Source of the DNA: Adineta vaga | Taxonomy: Eukaryota; Animalia; Rotifera | NCBI GenBank assembly: GCA_021613535.1 | Contig: CP075492.1 | Location: forward strand, 5,518,001 to 5,582,000 | DNA: 64,000 nt | Direction: 5' to 3' | In this document: one piece after another, positions 40,690-53,667 of the stretch | Position numbering within the stretch: position 1 is the first letter of the stretch | Layout of the letters: each line of letters begins with the position of its first letter | Notes under the pieces: model-generated | What the model was told of the DNA's origin: nothing | What the model saw: the letters and a program-made list of their open reading frames with translations, nothing else | Databases searched by the model: none | Made by a program: the position numbers and the translations under genes

Positions 40690-41092
40690 GCAGGATTTTC
40701 CGACTAAGTTTGTTAAGAATGCATCTTTTCTCTTCTGTCAGTTGTGGATGTAGATGTCGTATTCAAAGACCAAGACTATGAGTCATTTTTATATTGGCTT
40801 CGTTCCTTCACATATATAATAAGCAGCATCGTTGTGCAAAACTTGTCATCCAATAATTTTTGTTTTTCTCATGTTTCTTCCGTCTAGCTTGTTCCTGCAT
40901 TCTCAGGTAATAATCGTTTAACTTTTAAATACAATTTCTAAAAATAAATTAACAATCTAGACTTACGTGTATACTATCATTTAGCTTTAATTATAACTTC
41001 TTTTGTAAAGTAAGTCAAACATAATGGATTTATAGCGTCTGAATGAATTACATCATACACAACTTTTCCTGGTTGTATTGAAGAAATTATCT
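40690..41092 (-). pseudogene. Possible decayed coding fragment of unknown family
   Basis: Coding-like stretches (IISSIQPGKVVYDVIHSDAINPLCLTYFTKEVII; IRHLHPQLTEEKRCILNKL) interrupted by stops, with GTAAGT...TTTTTAG splice-like signals at ~40938-40966. Confidence 0.25.
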
Positions 41093-42311
41093 GGTAAAAT
41101 TAGACGTATTCCACAGAGTCCGTTTATTAATCTTCAGTAAGAGAAAGAGACATTTGATTAAATGTTTCTTATAAAACAAAAGAAACTACAAACAAAGGAA
41201 GGAAGAAGTTTTATCAATAACGACGACATACTTGTAAGTATAAACAACAGAAACTTAAATGTCATGCTTTTCTTGTTATATGTATCGTCGATTTGGCATT
41301 CTACGAACGTGTGTGCACAGAGATGATGATCAAATTACAGTTGTTGTTGTTTTGTATGAACAGAAATTGATTTGAGTCTACTTATTTATTTATTTATTAT
41401 TAAATGTCGTTATTTTTCGTATTAGTAAGAGATAGAAATTAGTTATTGTCAGCGGACACATATCAATACAAATGAAGATTAAGAAAATGTAGAAATAATC
41501 GCTATCTCCGTATTAGAATTTGTCTTGCATACTAATAAAATATGCTGATTTTTAGTGTAGAATAACTTCATTACCAAATGTTTTAACCAATATCATTTTG
41601 AAGAATCAGTCGTTTCTTTAGATTCAAGTCGAAAACAAGGATAAGTATATTAACAAGGATGAAATTCAGTTTATAATGGGAAAGGTCAGTTAAAACGATT
41701 TGTTTTCAGTCAAAAACTATATCAGTTAAGCACACTGTTCTCGTTGTTTCATTTCACATTAACAATTCTTTTCTTTTTTCTTTTCTTTTGACAGAACGAA
41801 TGTTGAGAAGTAAGTGCATTGCGTATAAAAAGAATAATTTTGTCAGTGATATTTGATAGTTTTATTACTCATATCACTGTTCGTCGTTTACGATGAAATA
41901 TAGTTATAAAACAGTTTGATTTAAGTTGTCGTTTATCTCATACTGACTTGTGATGAAACGTAATATTTTTGCAGAAGGATGGAGAACTGGTTTTTGTTTT
42001 ATTTGTTCAGTCTCTGTTTCAAAGGTTTCACAAATAACTACAAGCATGAATCGAGAAATTTTTTCTTTTCTTTTTTTTTGATAAGTACGTTGAAAAAAAT
42101 TGGTTTGAGACGACAGATGTGTATTTCATTATTATGTAATCTTTTTCATATCTACTATTCAAGTTAAAGAATAACTGAAACTCGTTCGATAGGAAACCTA
42201 TATATTATGCATATGCTCTTCTTCTTATACTTTGTTTTCCGAAATAACTAACTCTACAGATAGAACTTGATAGTTTTATCTTTCTAGATTTAGAACTATT
42301 CTTTATTCGAA

Positions 42312-43148
42312 ATGAATGGCCGACATAAATTCGTTCTTTCATGTGTAATGCTGATAGTTTTATTCTCAATGATATCTGTTTACAAATCTACTAATAATGC
42401 CTACAGAACAATTGTTTCCTTCATCGTATCGACAGCTAATGATAGTTTTACTCGTCAGATTTGGAAGAATATGTCATATTTAAATAAAGAAAAATATGAA
42501 AGATGTTTAACATGGCGACGAAATGATGCATTTTGGGCTGTTCAACATATTCGACATACAGCATTTAAAAATCTATTAAATTCATCTTCATTAATTGTAG
42601 AAGTTGGAGGTAATACGGGACTTGATACATCGAAATTCGTTGAATTGTACAATTGTTCTATCATTAGTTTCGAACCATTAGCAGAAATGTCAAAAATTTT
42701 AATAGAAAAATTTCAAACAAATTCCAAAGTTGAAATACAACCCTATGGCTTGGGTAATTATGCGAGAAAAATAGAAATTGAACCAGTTGGTAATACAAAT
42801 GAAGGTACTAGTATTTTTCGAAAATTATCAAAGAAAAATTCGACAAAAACTCAATCCATTGAAATACTTGATATTGTTCAAACAATTGAAAATATTCGAA
42901 AGACAAAAACATCAAATGGAATTATCGATATGATCAGTATTAATTGTGAAGGTTGTGAATTTGAAATCTTACCAGCATTAATCTTGAATAATCTAACTCA
43001 ATCCATTCGTATTATACAATTTGGTTCACATATGGAATTTTTTAATAATTCATCAATTATTTATTGTCAGATGGAACAAGGAATAGAAAGAACTCATAAA
43101 ATTATTTATCAATATACGATGCTATGGGAAGCATGGGTAATGAAATAG
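42312..43148 (+). CDS. FkbM-family (Methyltransf_21) SAM-dependent methyltransferase with N-terminal membrane anchor, intronless CDS
   Basis: 'IVEVGGNTG' (motif I), 'IISFEPL', 'PYGLG', 'IDMISINCEGCEFEIL', 'IIQFGSH'. Confidence 0.85.
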   Translation: MNGRHKFVLSCVMLIVLFSMISVYKSTNNAYRTIVSFIVSTANDSFTRQIWKNMSYLNKEKYERCLTWRRNDAFWAVQHIRHTAFKNLLNSSSLIVEVGGNTGLDTSKFVELYNCSIISFEPLAEMSKILIEKFQTNSKVEIQPYGLGNYARKIEIEPVGNTNEGTSIFRKLSKKNSTKTQSIEILDIVQTIENIRKTKTSNGIIDMISINCEGCEFEILPALILNNLTQSIRIIQFGSHMEFFNNSSIIYCQMEQGIERTHKIIYQYTMLWEAWVMK

Positions 43149-43617
43149 AATCTTGATTGAAAATAAAAACAATCCACGAACGATAGCTACAAGTCCCATG
43201 CAATAATGTATAGGATTTAAATCGAACATTCTTTCTAGCCTGTTTTTTTTTTGTTCTGTTATATTATATCAAATAAAAAGAAAAAGACAATATTTTTTAA
43301 CAGTTTTACTTTAAGTGTATTCTTATAAATAAAGTGAAAACAGTTTGTTTTTAGTAATTTAAATATGTTTATGACACTCATGGTTAGAAGAAGAAAATGA
43401 GTTATATAGCTTCGAGAATATTTGCATGAGCATTTCTTTTCAGGCAACTTCTTTAAGCTGTTCAAAGAGGTCAGAATTATCTTACAAATAAGTCAAATCA
43501 ATGGCGTGTGGTGAACCATATAGCACTGAAACGATTAATGAAGCAGTTCCAGTTCTCGAAAAGACAGATGAACGTAGAAACACAACTTCGAAGCTCAGTT
43601 AATAACATCAATATAAA

Positions 43618-44250
43618 CAATAGTCTAAAATAAGAGGTGTCTTTACAAATGTAGCGTCAGTCTGTATAGCTATCAAAGAAGCAGTCAACCATTGTGAGTA
43701 GAATATCGTACCAATGAACTTTGTATCACGAAAGAAAAATTTGGATCAATTACACCCATCTTTTATCTATACACAAATAATGAAGAAAGTAGTATTAATC
43801 ATCGACTTTGAAGAGCAACATATGACAGATTTGATTGATTATTGTCCTGGAGTATTTGCCGGAACTATCAAAGACAAAGACAGTAGTGAGCAACTGATAC
43901 ATAAATACTATCAAAAGACGCCTCTTTGGTATGATACACGTAAGATGGCATGCTATATACCACACCTACCCGCGCACTACGACTTATGGATACGAATATT
44001 ATTGTAAGAATGGGGTTTCTTCATTAAAGATCTGCATCAACACATTGAATAACTATACAAAACAATACAGTGGGCGTTCTTCTATGCTGACACTTTTAAA
44101 GTCTATCGTGATCAAGGTTTATCAAAAGCAGATTTTGAACGATTGACGGAAACAAAGGGTGGATTAATGTCATTCTGTTCGTCATAAAGTTTGATCCAAT
44201 TCGATCAACTGCAGTTTTTGCTTCCATCCGTGATGTTATAGTTATTTTTC
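43618..44250 (+). pseudogene. Relic of an ADP-ribosyltransferase(-TPR) family gene of the type expanded in bdelloids
   Basis: Fragments Q*SKIRGVFT..CIAIKEAVNHCE*N; LDQLHPSFIYTQIMK; KTPLWY; RALRLMDTNIIVRMG/FFIKDLHQHIE*L; FKVYRDQGLSKADFERLTETKGGLMSF; LFVIKFDP..FASIRDV. Multiple stops and frameshifts. Family assignment is from recalled motifs. Confidence 0.75.
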
Positions 44251-44665
44251 TTCGACATCGATCTATTTAACAACATCTACAATAGAGTTTCTTTTGTTAA
44301 AAAATAATTCAATTAATGAAAAGTTTTAGAATGTAAGATCAAGAAGAGTACGAAGGCTTCCTTAGATATATTAATAAAGAAGTTACGAAAAAGAAAAAAT
44401 AGAAATTATTTCTGATTATAGCACGTTGAAGATATATAGTTCAGTTTATGGAAAATCTATATTCATTAAATAGTATTTCATAAATAGTACGAAAACCTTT
44501 GCAAGTAGGACATCTATTGAGAACTTTTTTCGTATGAAACGAAATGAAAGAAAACATGGACTATGGATTCGAATCGAATTTCGTTATCTTTATATCACTT
44601 CTGACTGATTCTGACGACTATCAGTCTAATTATCTGTCATTTAGGTTATTGATTTTTAAAAGAAC

Positions 44666-46813
44666 ATGCCATCTGTAGGAACACTTGCTTTCGATGAATT
44701 TGGTAGACCGGTACTTATCCTCAAAGGACAAGAGTCGAAAAAGCGATTATTTGGAATCGAAGCACATAAGGTTTTTTTACTCCATTTATTTGTCAACGAT
44801 TTTCATTATATCTTTGATTCTAGTCTCATATATTAGCAGGCAAAGCTGTTGCTAACACTTTAAAAACATCATTAGGTCCACGAGGTAGATTTCTATTCTA
44901 ATTTACAATTCCAATTGTATGTATGTATGTCTCTTTTTGCTAAGGTATGGATAAATGTATGGTATCACCTGATGGTGATATAACAATAACAAACGATGGT
45001 GCAACTATTCTTAGTATGATGGATGTTGAAAATGAAATAGGTAAATTACTTGTTCAACTATCAAAATCTCAAGATGATGAAATTGGTGATGGTACAACCG
45101 GTGTTGTTGGTAAGTTATCAATCTATTATTCATTTCGTTATCTATTTTCATATGTTTTTCAGTTTTGGCTGGTGCATTACTTGAACAGGCAGAAGCCTTA
45201 CTTGATAAAGGTATTCATCCTATTCGTATAGCAGATGGTTATGAATTGGCAGCCAAAATGACTCTTGAACATTTGGATAAAATATCGGAATCATATCCAC
45301 TTGATTTGAAAAATCTTGATCCATTAATTAATACAGCTATGACAACACTCGGTTCGAAAATGTAAAAATGAATTAATTTTCTAGTTTGAAAAATAATTCT
45401 TTTGTTTGAAATCAATAGTATTAATCGTTGTCAACGACAAATGGCTGAAATAGCTGTTAATGCTATTATGAATGTTGCTGATATGAAACGACGTGATGTC
45501 AATTTTGAACTTATTAGAGTTCAAGGAAAAGTTGGTGGTCGTCTTGAAGATACGATTCTGGTCAAAGGTGTTGTTGTTGATAAAACATTCTCACATCCTC
45601 AAATGCCTAAGGTTAATTGAAATTGTTTTTCTCTTCTTTACATATGAATCATCAACAAAATCATATTCATTTTTTTCTTGTAGGAAGTTCGCGATGCTAA
45701 GATCGCCATTTTAACATGTCCATTTGAACCACCAAAACCAAAAACAAAACACAAATTAGATATAACAAATGTTGAAGATTATAAAAAATTACGTGAATAT
45801 GAAAAAGAAAAATTTAGTGAAATGATTAAATCAGTATGTAGAAAAAGAAATGTATTGAAATCAAACAGATTTTTTTTTGAATAGATTAAAGATTCTGGTG
45901 CCAATTTAGTTATTTGTCAATGGGGTTTTGATGATGAAGCAAATCATTTACTTTTATCTCAACAATTACCAGCTGTACGATGGGTTGGTGGACCTGAAAT
46001 TGAATTAATTGCTATTGCTACTGGTGGCCGTATTGTACCGAGATTTCAAGAACTTACAGCAGAAAAATTAGGTTTTGCTGGACATGTTTATGAACTTGAT
46101 TTCGGTACAACTAGTGACCATATGTTATGTATTGAACAATGCAAAAAATCTAATACATGTACTATTTTCGTTCGTGGAGGAAATAAAATGGTAAAATCAA
46201 TAATTTGATATGAAAGTAACGATTATCTTGTTTGCGTTTAGGTTGTCGAAGAAGCAAAACGTGCTTTACATGATGCATTATGTGTTGTAAGAAATCTTGT
46301 CCGTGATAATCGTATTGTCTATGGTGGTGGTGCATGTGAAATCGCATGTGCTATTGAAGTTGCTAAACAAGCAAATAAGGTTTGAATTGACATGAATACT
46401 CAAAGTAATCCATCATATGTACATTTCATTTTATTTCAAATACAGATTCCAACAATTGAACAATATGCAATCCGTGCATTTGCTGATGCTCTGGAATCAG
46501 TTCCATTGGCATTAGCTGAAAATAGTGGTTATTCACCATTAAAAACCGTTTCTGATGTTAAATCACAACAAATTGCACAAAACAATCCTCGATTAGGTAT
46601 TGATTGTCTTAATACAGGAACAAATGGTACGTTTACTTATTTTTTTGTTTATGATCAATATTCATTTTCTTCTGTTCATATATAGATATGAAAGCACAAT
46701 CTGTTATTGAAACACTTATTGGTAAACGACAACAGATCAGTTTAGCTACTCAACTTGTTCGAATGATTCTCAAAATTGATGATATTCGTCTTCCCGGTGA
46801 ATCAGACGAGTGA
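44666..46813 (+). CDS. CCT5: T-complex protein 1 subunit epsilon
   Basis: '[15 protein letters not shown]', '[14 protein letters not shown]', 'HPQMPK', '[17 protein letters not shown]', '[12 protein letters not shown]', 'ILKIDDIR'. Confidence 0.97.
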
Positions 46814-47743
46814 TCTTTCATTTAAGTTTTACATTTTAAACATCTTGTTATCTTTTTTTCTTCTGTTCTTATCAACGATCAAAATCTTTGATGATATCTT
46901 TCTATTCTTCCGGTTAACATTAAATAAAACAAAAAACAAGATTAATAACAACATGAACACACTCAATTTTAAAGATACAGCCATCTATTTACTGATAAAT
47001 AGTGACCTCTATCGATTTTTTTTTCAAACACAAAATAATGGATAACGTGAACAAAAACTTAGTTTGAATAATGGATGAAATTCTTCATCGATGTAGTTTT
47101 ATATATTTAAGTCTGTTAAATCGATTATTAAAATTTCTACCAATAGTTTATTTAAGAACGCAAAAACCAATGCAATAGTGCTTGATAAATATATATATTC
47201 ACTATTCATCCTTGTCTCAGTCTTCTATTTGCCAGATTTTAATTTAGATCGTTCCTTGACAGAACGATATTCCCAGACACACTTTTTCTTGATAAATTTG
47301 CAAATTCTACCATGTAGTTTTGAAAGACAAAAGCTGAAAAGATCCGATTTTTTATAAATTCGAAGTTTCATAAAATCCAAGGTAAGATTGACGGTTGTCT
47401 TAAGAATATATTGTCAGATAATTACGTTTTGAGTAAGCCAATTACTTACTTTACATGCAATGGATAAACTGAAGATGGAATTGAAAGCTTTCGCAACTGG
47501 TAGTTCCGTTATTATATGACTTGAGAAATTTTTCAGACGTATTCATACAACAATTGATTACATATCGTATTCAAAGAGAAAAAAAAGTAATAATAATACC
47601 ATGAACAAATCGATTTGAAACTTGACATGAATATTCAATTATTTATATATGAGATCATTAGCCTTTGGCTTTCATCCCACTTGAAAATGAGTATGTTTGC
47701 TTTAGTTATTTCTATACATTTTAGATTAATATACAATATTGCC

Positions 47744-48834
47744 ATGGGTTCGAATGCAAGTATAATGCTTCAACAAGAAGATTTACAGAATATCTGTCAA
47801 CAAACAGGTTAGTCAAAGCTATATGTTCGTGTAGAACTGAGAGGAAAGAAAAAATTTCTTATCAAAAGAAGAAATAACTTGAGTAAACGAAGTATTATTT
47901 TCAAATAAAACATGAGATTTTGTTTCATTTCTTAATCAGTAACAAACGCTCAATTATCTTAATCTTATAATTAACAGATTATTTCTGACAGCTCATTATT
48001 CTAGAATAGACCAATCGTCTACACATGAATGTATACGATTGTATAATCAAAAGAGAAAGAGAGAAAAGAAAATATCTCAATAGTAACGTATCTGCTATCG
48101 ACCGATGAAATAAATCAAGAAGAAAAGTCAGCACTTGCTAACAGGATATACATCTCTAACTGAGAGAGAGAAAGAAGAAAAAACACAATAACAAATGTCT
48201 TCTATTACTTTCAGGTTTTACTGGAAAACAAGTTCAACGTTTATACAGTCGTTTCAAAGCGTTAGATAAAAATGATTGTGGTTATTTAACACGAGAAGAT
48301 CTGCAATGCATTCCTGAAGTGAATATTAATCCATTAGGTGAACGTTTAATTGATGTTATTATGGATGATTATGGTGAAAGCAATAAAATTAATTTCAAAC
48401 AATTTATTTTTCTTCTTGCAAAATTTCGACAAGGAAAAATGAAATCTTTAGTAACAGAATATAATACACGAGAAAGTAAATTACGATTTTTATTCGATGT
48501 AAGTGAATTGATTAACAAAAAATATCAGAAATATTTCAGCAATAAATCTAGATGTATGATCGTAATCATGATATGAAAATTGATCGAACTGAATTACTTG
48601 ACGTCCTTAAAATGATGGTTGGAGGAAATATTCTTGATGATCAAATTGCGACGATAGCTGATCATACGATTGGAGAATTGGTAAATTATTCATTATTTAT
48701 ACATACTGGAATATGTTTTTATTGTTATTTTCTAGGATAAAGATGGAGACAGATCGATAACATTTGAAGAATTTTGTAAAACTCTCGAACGTATTGATGC
48801 TGATGATAAAATGAGCATGAAATTTTTAAATTAA
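47744..48834 (+). CDS. CHP1: Calcineurin B homologous protein (EF-hand)
   Basis: Myristoylation-type start MGSNAS, 'TGFTGKQVQRLYSRFKALDK', 'INPLGERLI', 'KLRFLFDMYD', EF hands, C-terminus 'KMSMKFLN*'. Confidence 0.88.
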
Positions 48835-48988
48835 ACCATCTCTTTCTTTTGTTAATGTATATAAGCTTTATTTCAGACCTTAGATGTATAGATATAGATA
48901 TATATGTGTTGTATTTATTGCATGAAAAGAATTTATAGAGAATAATATCATAAATGAATATATTTCTTTATTTGAGATAAGTCCTCTA

Positions 48989-51900
48989 ATGAGTTCAAAA
49001 AATCCACAAACGATGCGTCGATTATTTGGTTTTGAATTGGCTGATTTCAAATCATGGTCCAGTTTTGTTAAATTGATGAATCGACCAGAGGATCCAAGTT
49101 CATTGGCAGTTCTACGTATCTTCTTTGGTATGTATATAGAGAAGATAATCATTTGTTTTAGATAGGTCATATTTATTCTTTTAAGAATCAAATATATCAA
49201 CTTAATTGAACAGTAGTAGGTTTTGTATATAGTGAGGCTTTTAGAAGAAAAAAAAAGAAATGTATTATCTGTGGGGTTGTAGAAAATAATATTTTAGTAC
49301 TTAGAAGAAAAAACTCTTTTCCTTATTGTTACGATTCTTCAATTCTTTTAGGTATTTTGATGATGTTGGATATTCCACAAGAACGTGGAATGTCACATGC
49401 TGATGCTTACTATCCAAATGAAGATCGTGAATGTCAATTTCCGTTGTTCAATTTTCTTGAACCATTGAAAGCGGAATATATGGTTATGGTTTATTTTATT
49501 ATGTTTCTTGGTATAATATTCATATCTATTGCTACTGATGTTCACTTTCTTCTTTTCTTTTGTCGTACAGGCGCTCTTGGTATTACATTAGGTTTATTCT
49601 ATCGTTTAGCAACGATATGTTTTACAATAACATATTGGTACGTGTTTTTTCTGGATAAAACATCATGGAATAATCATTCGTATTTATATGGTTTAATTGG
49701 TTTTCAATTGATGTTTTCTGATGCGCATCATTGTTGGTAAATATTCTTTATTACACATTTATTTTCCATAGTGTCGTTGAGAATCTCTCACTGTTCGATG
49801 ACAAATGAAAGATTTTTTTCTATTTGTTTATTTTATAGAAGATAAAAAAGATCGATTGATACTATGACAGTGAGTGATATTTTCTCTTTCTTACATGTGG
49901 CCTAAATAAGTCGATTATGATTGTATTGGTTATTTCGTGCATATGTTTGACACACTTTCTTCTTCTTAGAAGATTTCTGTTTTGTATTAGAAAGATTGAG
50001 TTAAACTTTCATTTTTTTTGTTCAAAAGGTCAATTGATGGATTATTTCGAAAGAAAATTCGTCATTCACATGTACCATTATGGAATTATACGTTGATTCG
50101 TTATCAAGTTTTTCTTGTTTATTTCATTGCTGGTTTGAAAAAGACTGATTTGGATTGGGTGAGTGGATATTCGATGGAGAATCTAGGTGATCATTGGGTA
50201 TTTTCACCATTTCGGTAAATAGATATTTCAAATGAAAAAGAAAATAACAATTGAAATATTTCATTGGTTTTTTTTAGTGCATTCATGACAGTGGAACAGA
50301 TCACTTTAATTCTTGTTCATGTCTGTGGTCTTCTCTTTGATTTATTCATTGGTTTTGCATTATTTTTTGATCGTTCAAGACCTATTGGAGTCATATTTTG
50401 TTCATCTTTTCATTTAATGAATTCTCAATTATTTAATATTGGTAAATTGAAACGAAAAATTCTTCCTCTTGTTTTTTTTGTTAATTAATATCCATATTAT
50501 TGGTAGGTATGTTTCCATATACAATGATTGCGACAATTCCAGTCTTCTTCCATAATGATTGGCCACGAAAATTTTTAAGTCGTTGTCTTCCTAAATGGTT
50601 CTATAAAAATAAACCAATACAATACAGTTCATCATGTCTATATTCCAAAGAGGAAATTAAACCTGAAGAAACGAAAACTAAACCAGCAGCAGCAGCAACT
50701 TCAGTGAAAAATGCACCCGTTAAAGCAACACTTCGTCATAAGATTTTCACAATTTTTGCCTTACTCTATCTTACTGAACAAGCATTTTTACCTTACTCAC
50801 ATTTTGTCACTAAAGGTTATAATAATTGGACGAATGTAAGTTCAATTAAGATAATTTCATTTTGTTTTCTTAATACAAAAAGATATTTTGTTATTTATAG
50901 GGTTTATATGGTTATTCATGGGATATGATGGTTCATAGTTGGCATACGTAAGCATATTTATTCATTGAATGACTACTATTCTGTGTCTTTGTTTTTATTA
51001 GACAACATGTGAAAATAACTTTCATTGATAAGAAGAAAGGAGAACCACATTATTTAAGACCAACTGCATGGGCATCAGCAAAACGATGGAGTTCTCATGC
51101 TGATATGATCGGTAAATAATCTCTCTCAATCCATAAATTGTTATTTTTCGATTCTATTCTATTCTATTCTATTCTATTCTAGTTCAATACGCTCAATGCA
51201 TTCAAGGTAAATTAAAAGAACATGGTTATGACGATGTTGAACTTCGTTTTGATATATGGCGTTCAATGAATGGACGATTTAATCAACGACAAATTGATCC
51301 ACGTTTAGATTTACTTTCATCGGAAACTAAATGGAGTCCATTTGAAGATACACCATGGTTACAACCGTTATTAACGAATCTAAGTGATTGGAGAACACGT
51401 ATGCAACAAATTGAAACTGATTTAGCAGCAAAAGATCAAAATGCATTGGTTACATTTGTTGCAGATTTTCCAGGTAAAATGAAAAGAAAAATGTTATTTA
51501 GGATTAAATGTATGAAATATGATAAAATTTAGGTCTTTATCTTGAAAATTACATTCCACCGGATTTGAATACTACTATTGAAGTACTCGAAGGTGAAGTT
51601 ATAGTTGAAATGTTAGGTTTAAAGAAAAATGTCACGTTAAATATTGGACAAAATATCACCGTACCAAGCGGAGATTATCACAATGGTTTGTTGTTGAAAC
51701 TAAAACTTTTGTTTCTTAACTAATTATATATTTCTTTTCTATTTATAGTTTATACAGTTTCATCGACACCATCCTGTTATATGTATGTTTATCTGAATCA
51801 ATCTGATGTTCAAATAGTTCATCTATGGGATCGTTATTATAATGTAACAGATCGTTTACTTAATGAAACAATTGATCGTAATCGTCCATTACATAGTGAG

Positions 51901-52728
51901 AAAGAAGAAGCTGATCTTGTTCGTTTATCTTATGAAGATGTTTTTGGTGAATTACGTCAAAAAACGATTCATGAATTATTAGAACTTCCATTCGATTATC
52001 AATTGCATAATAAAAATGAATCAAATACAAATTGGACAACTATTCGTTTACAATTTGAAACAAGTATGAATCGTTCAATAGTTAAACGTTTAGATACAAA
52101 AATCAAGTGGCATGAAAAACATCAGAGAACATTTACAACATTTTTTAATAAGAAAAAGAAACAATTTCTAAGATGGTATGCTATTTTCTTACGTTCAGTA
52201 ATGAGAAGATAAATATTTTCGATCAATACTCTATAAAACCTTGAACGTTTATACTTCGAAAAAGCAAATCTATTATGTTCGAAATACCTTCATTCCAAGG
52301 TCTTTCCATTCATCGATGGAAATAAATAAAAAATTCTGATATTTTCAAATGACATATTCAAACGACATATTTTTTCAAAGTATTTTCGTAGATTATAAAT
52401 ATCTTGAGGAAGAAGACATATAACGAGTAGGATACAGAGACAAGACCTCTAAATGAAGGTGATCAGAAAATCAAGTTCATAGAATCTTATGTCTTTTATT
52501 TCTAGTTATCAAATTGTTAAAGTGGCATTGAAAAGTATTATATACAAAACAGATTTTATGAAATTGGTTGACAAAGAAATTCATAATAGTATTGAAGAAA
52601 GTTCATCGAGTAAAATTGTAACTGAAGAATCTCCACCACATGCTCCATCATCAGAACAATCAACTCCACCAAAGAAGACAACAAAAACGACAAATGGAAA
52701 AACAAAAAAGAAAGAAACAAAAAAATAA
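48989..52728 (+). CDS. GGCX: Vitamin K-dependent gamma-glutamyl carboxylase
   Basis: '[16 protein letters not shown]', 'DIPQERG', '[15 protein letters not shown]', 'VYFIAGLKK', '[28 protein letters not shown]', 'SMNGRFNQR', 'FVADFPGL'. Confidence 0.96.
51152..51180 (+). repeat. (ATTCT)n microsatellite at a GGCX intron acceptor
   Basis: About six tandem ATTCT units directly before the AG acceptor. Confidence 0.85.
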
Positions 52729-52990
52729 ATTCTTTAACAAAATAATTTCTCTCTCAAAAGACAGTGATCTTCATTTTCCTATTTCTTATCTATTCATTTG
52801 CGTATTTTGCATAGTTTTATTTATATTCCTTATTTTAAAGTATTCTTTGTTTTCTTTTTGTTCGTATGCATACTTTTTTTCTCTAGTTTATTTTAAATCG
52901 TTAATAAAAAGAAAGAAAAAGAAGAAAAAATATCGAAATATACTTGATAGTTTATGAAATGCTATAGAAAAACAAGCGATATCTAATTTG

Positions 52991-53359
52991 TCATTTTTTT
53001 TTGTTTTGTTTTTTACCATTTGCTGGTGCTGGACTATTGATAAAATTGAGCAGATCATCAATATTTTGATCTCCACGATGGCCCGGAATCGTTTCAGCAC
53101 GAACAGCAGCTTGTTGTGCAGTTTTCTTTGGTTTTCGTCGAGCACCCATATCTTTTTTTGCGCCAGCTAACGATGAAAAAAGATCATTTTCATCGAAAAA
53201 TGATGGCATATCATGATGATGGTGATGGTGATGCGAAGGATCACTACATGAATGAGAATGTTCATGATGTGATGCAGATCCTGCTGCTTCTGATGATGAA
53301 TGATCGGTGGTCACTGTTGTATGAGCTTGACTATTGTTGACGACATCAGCTGAAGCCAT
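52991..53359 (-). CDS. Small His-rich uncharacterised protein (122 aa)
   Basis: ATG-initiated intronless ORF. 'HHEHSHSCSDPSHHHHHHHD', 'IPGHRGDQNIDDLLNFIN' and a Lys-rich tail. Confidence 0.65.
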   Translation of the reverse strand: MASADVVNNSQAHTTVTTDHSSSEAAGSASHHEHSHSCSDPSHHHHHHHDMPSFFDENDLFSSLAGAKKDMGARRKPKKTAQQAAVRAETIPGHRGDQNIDDLLNFINSPAPANGKKQNKKK

Positions 53360-53667
53360 CTCGAGATATATACTTTATCGTCTAAAAGTAAAAGATTATG
53401 AAATTATATAGTCGGATTTTTCCGAAGCATCTAAAAAGAAATTTTTTACAAGGAATGAATAACTGATTTAATAAATCATCATAATAAAGATAGGTAGTAG
53501 GCTTATTTATTCTCTATTCGAATTAAAAGTAAGCATATTGATGAATGAATCAAAAGAGGTCGCAAGTTACTGAAGAGATTTTTGATTGGTGAAAATTTAT
53601 AGCATAACAAAGAATATAGAAAGAGATAGATTGACTTCTAATTTTTTTTGACGGGATAACAAGAGAG

